DNA of 64,000 nucleotides, from positions 46,686,001 through 46,750,000 of the forward strand of contig OZ024752.1 in assembly GCA_964016885.1 (NCBI GenBank), in the 5' to 3' direction. The stretch is from Eledone cirrhosa. Its lineage: Eukaryota. A program made the translations under genes and the position numbers. Shown here one piece after another: positions 25,601 to 39,200 of this stretch (the stretch's first letter is position 1; every line of letters starts with the position of its first letter). Below the pieces are notes generated by a model. The model was not told where the DNA came from. It searched no databases and worked only from the letters and a program-made list of their open reading frames with translations.

Positions 25601-28571
25601 AGTCAGGTTCGATCATTAATAGATCGTTCCTCGAGCTGATCGACAGTGAAACATGTGTAATACGTAATTAAATATGTATATGATACCACACTGGTTATTT
25701 GTTCCCTTACATATATATATATATATATATGGTGTGTGTTTTGCAAGGTTTTTGATATGAAATCGTGTGTCGAAACAAATATTATTATACTTGGGGAGGG
25801 TCATATTGTTGTAATAATATTGCCAGAAATAATAACAGAACACACTCACTGTTTAGTTTGGGTTAGTTTTTGCTTCTGTATCTTTTATATCTCCATAGTT
25901 AATTTATTTGGCAATCAATGTTTATCATTGATTGACCAGCAGTTAAAAATACAGATATAAATATATATATAGTCTATCAAAGTTGTGTGACGAAAGATCT
26001 TTGATAGACTAAATATATTTATATCTGTATTTTAAACCGTTGGTCAATCAATGATAAACCTTGATTGCCAAATAAATTAACTATGGAGATATAAAAGATA
26101 CAGAAGCGAAAACTAACCCAAACTAAACAGTGAGTGTGTTCTGTTATTATTTCTGGCAATATTATTACATTATGACCCTCCCCAAGTATAACAATATATA
26201 TATATATATATATATGATACAAATTAGAAGTGAAAACTGGAGTAAAGTGGACGGGGTGAAGTGACTGTTCCAGCACGTCTCCCTCGCCATCCTTTAGGGC
26301 AATGTCTTCTCGATCCTGTCTGCCGGGACGAAGATGGGGTGGTGGGGCGGCATAAGTTAGTTGGTAGTGGAGAATAGTTGTTTGAACGTCACTTTATAAG
26401 ACCCTATTTAACTTATTTTGCTAGTTGGTGGGTTTGAAAAAAAAAACAAAAAAAAACAACCAGTTTACATTTTTTAGGTTAAATATTTCATAATTCAGGG
26501 TTGGGACCTCTATTTTCAGAGAAACAAAATTGAGAGATGTTTGTATAGTTAGAGTAGTTATCGATGGTGAAGAGAAGAATAATTGTTTCTACTTTAGGCA
26601 CAAGGCCAGTAATTACCCAGTGCATTACTGGTACTTTATTTTATCGACCCCGTAAGGATGAAAGGCAAAGTCAACCTCGGCGGGATTTGAACTCAGATCA
26701 TAAAGGGACGTAACTATGCTGGAAAGCATGGTGTCTGACCCTCTACCGATACTGCCAATCCAGAGAAGAATAATGGTCTTGTTTATGTTCATTAGTCTAT
26801 GTACTATACATGCACCTTTGATGAGTTGTAGTGCACCTGAGCATTGTACACAATAATTTTCATTAACATCATGATAAATCTAAAGTAAATGTCTTTTTTT
26901 TTTTTTTTTTTTTTTTTCATTTCATTAATTTTATCAAGGGGTGCGGGCTAGGACCAAAGAAATAAAATTGAGAATTCAGTGCGACGATGGTGATGATATC
27001 GAATGTAAAGTAAATGTTCTTTGTGTGTGTTTCATTAATTTTATGAAATATCGTCAAACACGTACCTGCTGCTTCTAAAAACGCATCAATATTTTCAATC
27101 GGTTCATCAAATTGTTCCCATTTTCCGATAAAGTTATCCATGGTTTCTATTGCGTTATTAGTATAACAAACTACGAAGCTTGCAAGAAAGAATCAAGTTG
27201 TTGGTGCTGATGTCGGTTGTGTTCGACTGTTTGAGCAAAGATCAACAACCGCTGCGGCTTTTATTGAGTTGCTGCCTAACTTTTTGTTCATTTATTTCTT
27301 TTTAGTAAGTGAGGTGGGGGTGAGTTAAAGCAGGATATTGTGACGTAGTTATTTTTACTGGCCACTAAACATCAAACAATGTAAAACATCCGTTAAAAAT
27401 ATGACGACGAAGAAATACTTTAACAACAATAAGAATTGTTTCTACTTTAGGCACAAGGCTTGCAATTAACCCACCAGTGTATTACTGGTACTTTATTTTA
27501 TCGACCCCGTAAGGATGAAAAGCAAAGTTAACCTCATTAATAAGAATTGTTTCTACTTTTGGCACAAGGCCAGTAATTACCCCACCCCAGTGTATTACTG
27601 GTACTTTATTTAATCGACCCCCGTAAGGATGAAAGGCAAAGTTAACCTCGACGGGATTTGAACTCAGAAATGATTATATTTCATTTATTGGCCACAAGTC
27701 AATAAAATAAAATACCAGTCATGCACTGGGTTACTAAATAATTGTTTCTACTTTAGGCACAAGGCCGGCAATTACCCAGTGCATTACTGGTACTTTATTT
27801 TATCGACCCCGTAAGGATGAAAGGCAAAGTCAACCTCGGCGGGATTTGAACTCAGATCGTAAAGGGACGTAACTATGCTGGGAAGCATGGCGTCCGACCC
27901 TCTACCGATACTGCCAATAAATAATAATAATATTTGTGGCGAACTTGTTGGTATAAATTCTGTTTATTCGTGGTTCGTGTTTAGGAATTTGAAGTTTCAC
28001 CTTATCGTTTAATTAGCATATACACATATCTTCTCTCTTTCTCTCTCTTCCATCTCCTCTCTTTCTGTATCTCCTCAGTCTCTCTCTTTCTCTCCATCCT
28101 TCTCTCTGTCTCTTTCTGTCCATCCCTCTCCTCTCTCTGTCTCTTTCTATCCATCCCTCTCTCTTCCTCTCCAACTCTCTCTCTCTCTGTATCTCCTCAT
28201 TCTCCATCCCTCTCCTCTCTCTGTATCTTTCTATCCATCCCTCTCTCTCTCTCTCTGTATCTCCCACCCCGCCTCTCTCCTCCATCATGAGGGTGTGTTT
28301 CTCTATAAGCTATCCCCATTTATCTAGAAATCCTAGCTTTCTAATGAGTAAACAGTTTTAACATTTTACTAAAACTGCAGTCGTGCTTTGTGTCATGTCA
28401 CTTGCTGGGGGTCGACACAACCTCATGTTTAAACAGTCTGCAGTATACAAGATATTTTTGTGAGATTTAACAGAGATAAACAAACAGCTTATTTTTTTCT
28501 TTTTTTAAGAGCTGTCTACTTGAAATGACAAATCTATGATACATATAGAATATATGATAATGTTTATTGCA

Positions 28572-28613
<42 letters not shown>

Positions 28614-31600
28614 CGAAGGAAATGTGGTAAGGAACCAGGTGGACCATAACGCACCAAAGTACTCAATACTTAGGGTAGTAGAGTGGGTAATAGGAACGAG
28701 TAGGACCCCGACGGCTGAGCTCAAGCCGTTTCGACGGCTAATTCTGGACTAAACGTTTAGTCCAGAATTAGCCGTCGAAACGGCTTGAGCTCAGCCGTCG
28801 GGGTCCTACTCGTTCCTATATATATATATATATTTAATTAGGTAATTAAATAGCTCTGTTCTATACATAGAGCACTCTTTTTTCCTTTGCTTTTTCTTCG
28901 GAATTACCTAACACACACACACACACATATATAATAATAATAATAATGAAATTATTGTGTACAGTGCTCAGGTGCACTACAACTCATCAAAGGTGCATGT
29001 ATAGTACATAGAATAATGTACAAATGTCATGAAAATGAACAGCGTTAGAGTCATGATATACATGTGTGTATGTGTATGGAGGGGTGATATCAGGTGTAGT
29101 GTTGGCGAATTTCAGGAAGCACGGGGATTTTAAAGGATGCAGAGTAACGAGTTCATTTTCTTTTATAATTTCCGTTAACTTATTTTTATTCTTTAGTCTT
29201 CAGTAAATTCCCTTAGGCAGTGTTAGATTTAGATATTAGCTAAACAAACTACAGGACTACTCAAACCCACAGGAGCCTAAAAATAATTATGATGCATATG
29301 TTTTTAATTTTTGTGAGGCTTTGGGTAATTATTTATGAAGGGGTCTCGTGAACTAAAAGCCTAAACATGTCTACATTGAGGACCGCTTTTAGGGCACCTC
29401 AAGATTGAAGACCACAGTTAACTAGTTGAAGTATGTGTAGTACTCTGATGTTGCAAGTTTTTAGACGAAGCCCCAGAGCTTGAGCAGGCTCTGGCCAACT
29501 GGACAGGCGAAGGCCTCTCTACCCCCCCAATAGACAAATGTCCAATGTAACTGAGACAACATCAAATGCAGGTCTCTCTTCAGACGGATCGAGTCTGGTT
29601 TGGACCAACACTGCTCCGCCTGGCTCCGATCTGCTTCACAGTCAAACAGCAGTGCGTGGCTCAATGCAGTCTCCTCCTCATCAACTGGTACCCTTCTTGA
29701 TGATAAGTGCACTCGCATCAGACTTGTATGGGGCTGTCATTGACAAGTTTGGCCTGCACCCACTGTCATGCTGCCAGAGCGCTGGCTGGTATCATGTAAC
29801 CCAGAACAACTTGCTTCATGGTCGAATGTTTGGCGACAGAAACTGGTTCCCCCATAAGTTCCTGGTTTGGTGATGAGGGTAAGTAGAACTCCTGCTGCAT
29901 AAAAAGGACAAAACAAGAGTTGTTAACCCATTTTCCTTTTCTGAATGACACGCCTGATTTCAAAATTGCCTTGAAATATTTCAGTAGTGCGGCCTACCTT
30001 ATGATGAGTCACACCCTATGTGGTCCATGTCTGCTCAACCTGTTGGAAATGACAGCCAAATCTCTCACAATTTACACCTTACTGTCTTTAAAAGGAAGGA
30101 CACTTTGGATCATGAAATCTTACATAAAACAAGTTTGATAAAAATAAATGAAATAGCCATGACTATAATGCCTTTGATCATAGCCAGGTTTGGATTTAGA
30201 CCTTGGGGGGCTCAGGGCACTTCAGATTTGGGGGAACCCTCATACACAAAAAAAAAAAATACACAGCAAACCCTGCAATTTTACATATCAAAGTTAGTTT
30301 GGTGCAAGTAATTGGAATTGAAGGGTTATACGTACAGGTCTTAAATAAAAAAATTCTAACTATCCTAAAACTAAAAAGCCCAGCTGAGGGCACAAATAAA
30401 TTTGTATGGTCATTGCTGATGGGGCCACCTTTTCCCCCATACATTAAATCTGGCCCTGCTTCATCGTTATTATTCTGCACGGTGCTGGATTTACCTAGAA
30501 GCTAAATAAACTATAGTTTGGGGCCACACACTCTTGGAAGTCTTATTAGAAATATAAATATATTTATTTTATCATTAGTTTTTATTCTTTAACACTAAAT
30601 CATCAAAATGTTATATATATCATCATCATTTTTACGTCCGCTTTTCCCTGCTTGCAAGGGTGGGATGGGTCCTATTCAGCACAGCATCTCTCCACTTGTC
30701 ACCTTCTCTGTGAGCTTCAGCGATCTGAGGTCTGCTCTCACCACCTCAGACCATGTTTTTTGTGGCCTTTCTCTACTGCGTCTTCCTTCTACTGGGATAT
30801 ATACACATATATATTTTTTTTTTTACACACACACACACATATATATGTTTGTGTGTGTATACATATTTATTCTTTATCATTAACATTAATATAAAAAATA
30901 ATATTTTTTTAGAGAAGGGCCTCAAATTTTATATAACTTAGGGCCCCAGCAGGTTTAATGTCTGGCCCTGACCCCACATTAACAATTAAAACATACATTA
31001 CTCTAACTCTCACAAACCCTAGCTCGAACCCTAACATTTGATGGGTTATAATTGGAAATGTCTTTCGAATGCTGAGTGATATTTTATACTACATTTTTAT
31101 CTGAATATATTCCAAGAAAGAAATGAAAGGAAAAGTACCCAAAGGAGTGTTGAGAGGAAGTTACAATGACATAGTAAACTATGTGAGAAGGATGACTGAA
31201 AGATAGGCTAAATAAACAGCCGGTTGCTGTTGGGGTGGGACACTAAATGATGGAAGTGTTGTATTTATTTAAACAACTGTATGGAGCTAGTAAGCTATGA
31301 CTAACTTGGATGAAGTATCTAAACACATACACCACTTGATATGACTTTACCCACATCTCAAATAATTACTCTTTTTTAATATTATGTTCCTATAGACTTC
31401 TTACAGTTGAAACAGCAGCTCGTTCGCCTTCTTTGTTGCCTGTAATGTGGAGGAAAGTAAGATAGTTAAATACTGGGGCTTGACTGGTTGCTTCCTCTCT
31501 GTACTGATCTGAGGTCAAAACCTCTGGCATCTAGAGCTTGACTGGTTGCTTCCTCTCTGTACTGATCTCAGGTCAAAACCTCTGGTGCCCCTGGTCCCTG

Positions 31601-33213
31601 CATTGCTGATTTCTTCTGTAAAGTCGGCAAAAATAACTGTGGCCCGCTTAAGGAGGGAGCCACGTGAGGTGGGGTGGTTGTTGTAGCGGGTGTTTCTGGC
31701 CATTCTCCACAGTAATGAAGGCCGTGGTGGGTGGGGTTTAGTGGCTGTCCCTCCCCCTCTCCCTTTCTTTCGCGCTTCATTCTGCTTCCTTTATTTTTTT
31801 TATTTTTCATTTTTTTTTCTTCCCTTTAGTAGTTTGTTTTATGTTTATTAGATACTGTTCAAATATTTTACCTTCTATATTCTGCCCCCCCCCCACCCCG
31901 GACGTGGAGAAGCTAGTGTGTGGGCCCCCATTTATAATAGTGAGAGATGGGGAGAGTGGGAGAGATGGAGCCAGTGAATATGACCTCTAGGTCAGGAACC
32001 TTTTATCATAATCTCTGTTTAATTATTTTTATCTAATGTCACAATTATTTCATGACATTGAAACCTGACCAGAGATAAGGGAATTTAAATAGCAAAGGAC
32101 AACAGGATACAAAAATAATCACTAAAAATACATGATAAACAAAAAAATGGGAAGCAAAGGAAGCTGTAAAGCAACGAGAAGGTTCTGTTGTAAGAACTTG
32201 AACTTGAAAATGCCAAAAAGTACTCAATACATGGTAAGGTGCAGAGTGTGAAGGCGCATGGCTTAGTGGTTAGAGCATTGGGCTTGCAATCGAAAGGTTG
32301 TGAGTTCAGTTCTCGGACCGGGTGATGTGTTGTTTCCGTGAACAAGACATTTTATTTCACATTGCTCCAGTTTACTCAGCTGTAGAAATGAGATGATAGG
32401 GACTGGGGTCCCTATCATTAAATCACCCAAGACACGTCCAACGAGATATACCTTGGAGGAGGCCAGCTAAACCTACATAGGTGTGAGCTGTCACACACAC
32501 ACACAATATGCAGAGTGTGTATATTAGTGAAAGTAGAATTCAGCAGTTTCGTGTAGTTACCTCCTCAGGTAACCAAACCACCCACCTCATTGTAGACCCT
32601 CTACTGAAATCCATCTTTTACCATAAACTGGGTTTAGACACCCAGTATTAGATTCTATTACTTAGTCAATGTTACAACGGAACCTTCTATTTCAATTCTA
32701 AACTTTGCTCGGCACATTCCAAACATACTTCCTTTATATATAAAATCTTTTCCTGAGTCCTGTATTTTCGTTGCTGTGGTAATGCGGCTGGACTGCCGAT
32801 CGCTATATTTGATTTGCTAAGCTGTCTAAACGTATTGTTATTACTCTGGGGTACTATCCCCATCCGAGTGCTAAAGCTACATACCAAATTTGCATTCGTT
32901 AGCTTGGCCGCAAACTAAGGCTTCGTTAAGGCTGTACTAAAATTTATATATATATATATATAAATAAATAAATGAGGTCATGTAGGTGTCATGACCAAAA
33001 AAAAACACAAAGTCCACGCTGTAATGTGGCCGTGTAGGTAATACGGTAAAAACTTCCCAGTCCACACTGTAAACGTGGTTGGTGTTAGGAAGGGCATCCA
33101 GCCGTAGAAAACCTGCCAGACAGTCCCATACGAGCGAGACGACCAATCTTGCCTCAAGTGGGACAATTCCCGTCTAAACCATGCTAGCGTGGAAGATAGA
33201 CGTTAAACGATGA

Positions 33214-33253
<40 letters not shown>

Positions 33254-36161
33254 GAAAACGAAAAACCAGTGATACATCGGAACTCAATTTATTGTATGTT
33301 ACAATTGTTTCCCCGGCAAACAGCTTGAGGTGTGATCGACCTGACTCTAGATCGCACCTCAAGCTGTTCACCGGGGAAACAATTGTAACACAATAAATTG
33401 AGCGCCGATGCATCACTCATTTTTCGTTTAATACTCTGCTCCGTAGGAGCATAGAGTGCTCAACCGGCTTACCACCTATGGAAGCATCTTAGCTACCATT
33501 AGATATGTATATATATATATATATAAAATATGTGTGTGTATTGGAAAATGTGTGAAACCCTTGGTACAGTTTAGGGATATTTAAAAAAAGGAAAAAAATG
33601 ACTTCACTTGTCATGACTTCATTTAAACTGGCTGTATCCAGTCAGAATTCTCTCATCTCTTTCTGTTTAATCTGGCCATGACACAAAACAACAACAACAC
33701 CAGCTGTTTACCTTTTACATACATATCATCATCATTTTACATCTGCTCTTCTCTGCTTGCAAGGGTGGGACGGGTCTTATTCAGCACAGCTTCTCTCCAC
33801 TTGTCACAGTCCTTTGTCATCTCCACCGTGAGCTTCAGCGATCTGAGGTCTGCTCTCACCACCTCCGCCCATGTTTATATATAAAATGGGTGGAGGTATA
33901 TATATACCTCCGCCCATGTTATATATATATATAAAACACTAGTATATATATATATATATATATATACTAGTGTTTTATTTATGTGTATTTGTTTTTCTTT
34001 TCTTTCAGGACAGCTTTAATGTTAGCTGCAGCAAAAGGAAACAAAAAGATAATTGAGATTCTTCTAGAAAATGGTGCCAACCCAGCATTGGTCAACAAAG
34101 ATGGATGGAATTCCTTTCACATTGTTGTTAGGTTTGTTACTTCTTCAAACTTTGGGGATTTTTGTTTTTATTTCCATTATATAAAACCCTTTTGGTGCCA
34201 ACTACCTGAAACTATTCCTGGTTTTACAATACAAAACTTTAGCATTTATATTACTCTATTGTATTTTCGTGGTAAATGTTTTATCTTACATAATTATCTC
34301 ACACAATATCGAATCTATGAGATTTTGAGAACAATACCTTAACATCAGTATGAGCTGCTGGTTACAGCCGGTTTGAACAGTAAGAGGTGAGAGAATTCTG
34401 GCCGGTTTAAATGCTAAAGGGTTAAAATGCTTATATTTATCTAAAAACCTTCCATCATAGATTTATGTAAGTTATGCTCCAAACACCAGTTTTATAATGA
34501 GAAAGTTATTTTACTGTACTCCTTCATATACTGGATTGTTTTCATGAAGATGATGGTGGTGATGGTGATGACGATGGTGGTGGCAGTGATGATGATGGTG
34601 GTGGTGATGATGATGATGGTGATGGTGGTGGTGGCAGTGATGATGATGGTGATGATGGTGGTGGTGATGGTGATGGCAGTGATGATGATGGTGGTGATGG
34701 TGATGACGATGGTGGTGGCAGTGATGATGATGGTGGTGGTGATGATGATGATGGTGATGGTGGTGGTGGCAGTGATGATGATGGTGATGATGGTGGTGGT
34801 GATGGTGATGGCAGTGATGATGATGGTGGTGATGGTGATGACGATGGTGGTGGCAGTGATGATGATGGTGGTGGTGATGATGATGATGGTGGTGGTGATG
34901 GTGATGGCAGTGATGATGATTATGGTGGTGATGGTGATGACGATGGTGGTGGCAGTGATGATGATGGTGGTGGTGATGATGATGGTGATGGTGGTGGTGA
35001 TGATGGTGGTGGTGGCAGTGATGATGGTGGTGGTGGTGATGGTGATGATGATGATGGTGGTGGTGATGGTGATGGCAGTGATGATAGTGGTAGTGATGGT
35101 GATGGTGGGGATAATGATGCAACAATGTTTTAAACTCTTTCTTTTTATCTTTTTATGTCATTTGTCACATTTGATGTGTTAATTACTGAAAGTAATTGAT
35201 ATATATTTGTTTTTCTGTCCAGAGAAGGCCACCTGGATATTGTGAAGATCTTACTTAACAACAACCCATCTATGTGGAAGGTTTCCAGTAAAAATCAACG
35301 AACACCTTTACATACAGCAGGTAATGAAATATTTTGCTCCAGTCAGCGTCTTCTCTTGTCGAAGAAGCACATTTACCAACAACATACTCATCATCTTCAC
35401 TGTATGGGTTGGATGGGTCTTTTTCAACACAACCAACCTCTTCCACACATAGCACTCCTGTGTGATTCAGTGTTTTCTGATCCACTTTCACCACTTATGC
35501 TTAGATTTTCCTTAATCATCCTCCATGTGTATCACATGTCCATACCAGCGCAGTCTCCTCCCTTGTACACTACATTTGATACCAGTTATATACTCAGGTT
35601 CTCTCTCAATTCTTCCATGCTGGTATTGTGGGTGTTATTCTCTTTTCTTTGTTTCTGCATTTGATTGATATGTTTCCAAAATGACAAAGAGTGGTGACAT
35701 GTTCTTTTTATCTTATTTCTTCTGATGAAGGACTAGCGTCCGAAACGTTAAGACCCTCTTCCTGCTATATCAAGCGTTAACCTAATATATAACTTCCATA
35801 TACTGATTGTATTGTTATTTCTGTTTACTTTTTATATATATATATATATATACTTTGTTTTTGTTTTGCAAGATTTCTTATTTGAAAACGTGTGTTGAAA
35901 CAGATATTGTTATACTTTGGGAGGGTCATGCTGCCAATGATAAACACAGCTCACAAAAACAAGATGGTGTAGGACAGAACAAAGGAGAGACACAAAATAA
36001 CAAATTAGTCACTGAGGAGGTTACAGGATGTGTGACGAAAGAGCTTTAACAATAAATAAACAACCATCCGGTTATTAAACCAACCAACTGGAAATTTGTG
36101 ATAAATTGAAGTGAAAACCAACAGGTGTGTTTTTATTGGCAGCGTGACCCTCCCAGAGTAT

Positions 36162-36232
<71 letters not shown>

Positions 36233-39200
36233 CAGTACTTCAACTCTCTCTGTTGTAGCTCTTCATGGACGTAAAGATGTGATACGTTGGTTGTTGTCTG
36301 ACTGTTGCCATCCAATTGATGTGAGAGACACATGTGGCACTACCCCACTGATGGATGCCATTCGTGGTGGCCATACAGATGTTGCTGACATGATGATAAA
36401 GGAGTTTCAGGTTAAAACATATTATTTAAAAGAATAAAGTACCAGTAATGCACTGGGGTAATTGCTGGCCTTGTGCCAAAAGTAGAAACAATCATTTAAA
36501 AGAATATATATTTATAAGGACAGTGAGTTGACAGTATCTGTAGAGGGTTGGACACCATGTTTTGATGCATAGAGTTACGTCCCTTTACGGTCTGAGTTCA
36601 AATCCCACCGAGGTTAGCTTTGCCTTTCATCCTTACGGGGTCGATAAAATAAAGTACCAGTAATGTACTGGGGTAATTGCTGGCCTTGTGCCAAAAGTAG
36701 AAACAATTAATTAAAAGAATATAAACATAAATATAAATATAGGGTGTGTGCCCCAAACATGTATACACAAAGGCTGTGTGTTCTAATAAATATTGCCTGT
36801 ACAGGTAATCAAAGTATGTATACATTTTTGGGGGACACCCTGTATATTATAAAATTGTAGATACTCCAATGATTGTAGCAAAGAATCGGGTTAAAGAAAA
36901 CCTCAGAGACGGAGAGAGAAAACAAAAGGAATAGAGCTTATAGTATATAATATGAGAGAGAGAGTGATGGAGCTTCTATGTTGACATATAGGACTACCTT
37001 TTCTCTTTCTCTCTCTCTCCTCTCACCACACCTCTCTCCTTCTCTCACCACACTTCTCTCCTCTCACCACACCTCTCTCCTTCTCTCACCACACTTCTGT
37101 CCATTAAGAGGTTTCCTTTGCTCTCATGATTGTAGCAGCTGTTTCCGCATTTGAAATTCCTACAATTTTGCGATATATTTACACATTTAATGCCACTCAA
37201 TGCTCTAAATTATTTCATATCATCAATATAAATATTTAAAAGAATGTAAACATTATATGTTCCATAAGTAGCAAGAAAATGGCATCAACCCTTTACCATT
37301 TACATTACTCTATATATACTATTGTATTTTCACAGTAAAGGCTTTACCTCACATAATATCTCACATAACATTTACATTACTCTATATATACTATTGTATT
37401 TTCACAGTAAAGGCTTTACCTCACATAATATCTCATAACATTTACATTACTCTATATATACTATTGTATTTTCACAGTAAAGGCTTTACCTCACATAATA
37501 TCTCATAACATTTACATTACTCTATATATACTATTGTATTTTCACAGTAAAGGCTTTACCTCACATAATATCGAATCTATAAGATTTTGATGTTATTTAT
37601 TTTGAGAACAATATCTTAACATCACTCAGCAAGAACTGAGATTGGCACCAAAATCCATTCCACGATCTAGTCCACCGCTGCTACTGAATAGTTGAGCAAA
37701 GTTCTGCTGAAAAGCAGCCATCCACATCTGTTTGGGATTGAGTAATATGTGCCCTTGAGGCACATGGCTTAGTGGTTAGAGCATTGGCCTTGCAATCGAA
37801 AGGTTGTGAGTTCACTTCTCAGTGATTTGTTGTTTCCTTGAGCAAGACACTTTATTTCACATTGCTCCAGTTTACTCAGCTGTAGAAATGAGATGATAGG
37901 GACTGGGGTCCCTATCATTCCACTGCAAAGTGGTCGTGGAGGTGCCACGGAAAAAAATCACCCAGCACTCACTGTAAATGATGTTGGTGTTAGGAAGGGC
38001 ATCCAGCTGTAGAGATCAAGCCAGAATCAGTTCCCGTCCCACCCTTGCAATGAAATGATGAATGAATGATGATGGTGATGCTGCTTTTCTGCCACTCAGG
38101 CCGCCCATCAAATTGCTTTCATCCCTCCATGTCTAAGAACCCGTGTCTGACAATCCAGCCTCCTTCATGTGTCTGGTTATTTATTTTTCTCTGTTTTTGA
38201 ATTATTTTCTTTTGTTTGTTGCCTTTGTTGATGTCCAGGCCCAGCCCCTCCATGGTACTTCCTTCCGTGCCAGATGGATATCCGTCTGCTGACACTGTCA
38301 TACTGAAAGTTCCTGATAAACAAACAAACAGGAAAATTACACTTTAAATCTGGAAGCAGTGAATTCTCTTCTTTGGATAAAGAAACGTGGAATTAAAAAT
38401 ATCAGTACTCACCACCACCACCACCACCACCACCGCCATCCACCACCACCATCACCATCAACACCACCACCATCATCATCATAATTTAACGTCTATCTTC
38501 CACGCTAGCATGGGTTAGATGGGAGTTGTCCCACTTGAGGCAAGGCTGGTCAGGTGACCATGTCTCGCTCGTATAGGACTATCTGGCAGGTTTTCTACGG
38601 CTGGATGCCCTTCCTAACACCAACCACATTTACAGTGTGGACTGGGAACTTTTTACCATGTTACCTACACGGCCACATTACAGCGTTGACTGTGTGTTTC
38701 TTTGTTGTCACACCACGACCAGTTGTTAATTCAAACTCTCTCTCTCCAATCAACCATAACAGTAACTCCAGCAGCAATGGTTGGATGATTACAATTTTTA
38801 GTTTTAAAGTGGACGTGTAGGCGCCACGGAAAAAAAGCACCCAGCACTCACTGTAAATGAGTTTGGTGTTAGGAAGGGCATCCAGCTGTAGAAATCAGTT
38901 CCGTATGAGCAAGACATGGTCAGCCGACCGGACACTGCCCACAACAGGACAACCTGTCTAACCCATGCTAGCGTGGAAGAACAGACTAAAACGGTGATGA
39001 TGATGAATTAAAATGATTATAGCATTACACGCCTTCTACTTACTAATTAGATAGTTTCACTGTTTCATTTTCTTTTTTTTTTTCATTTCAGGCTGACAGA
39101 AATAAATGTGATAAAGTTGGTTACCATCTGTTGCATATAGCTGCACACAGTGGAAATCTGCAGTCTGTTGTTTATTTGTTGACAGACCTGCAAGTAAATC

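Noticed and set aside
25574-25660. Third hammerhead-like motif (CTGAGGAG...GAAACATGTG)
   Set aside because: No valid NUH cleavage triplet and an irregular helix II; at best a decayed relic.
34511-35182. Poly-His / poly-Met-Val ORFs
   Set aside because: Trinucleotide microsatellite inside ANKRD16 intron 2 with no gene structure.
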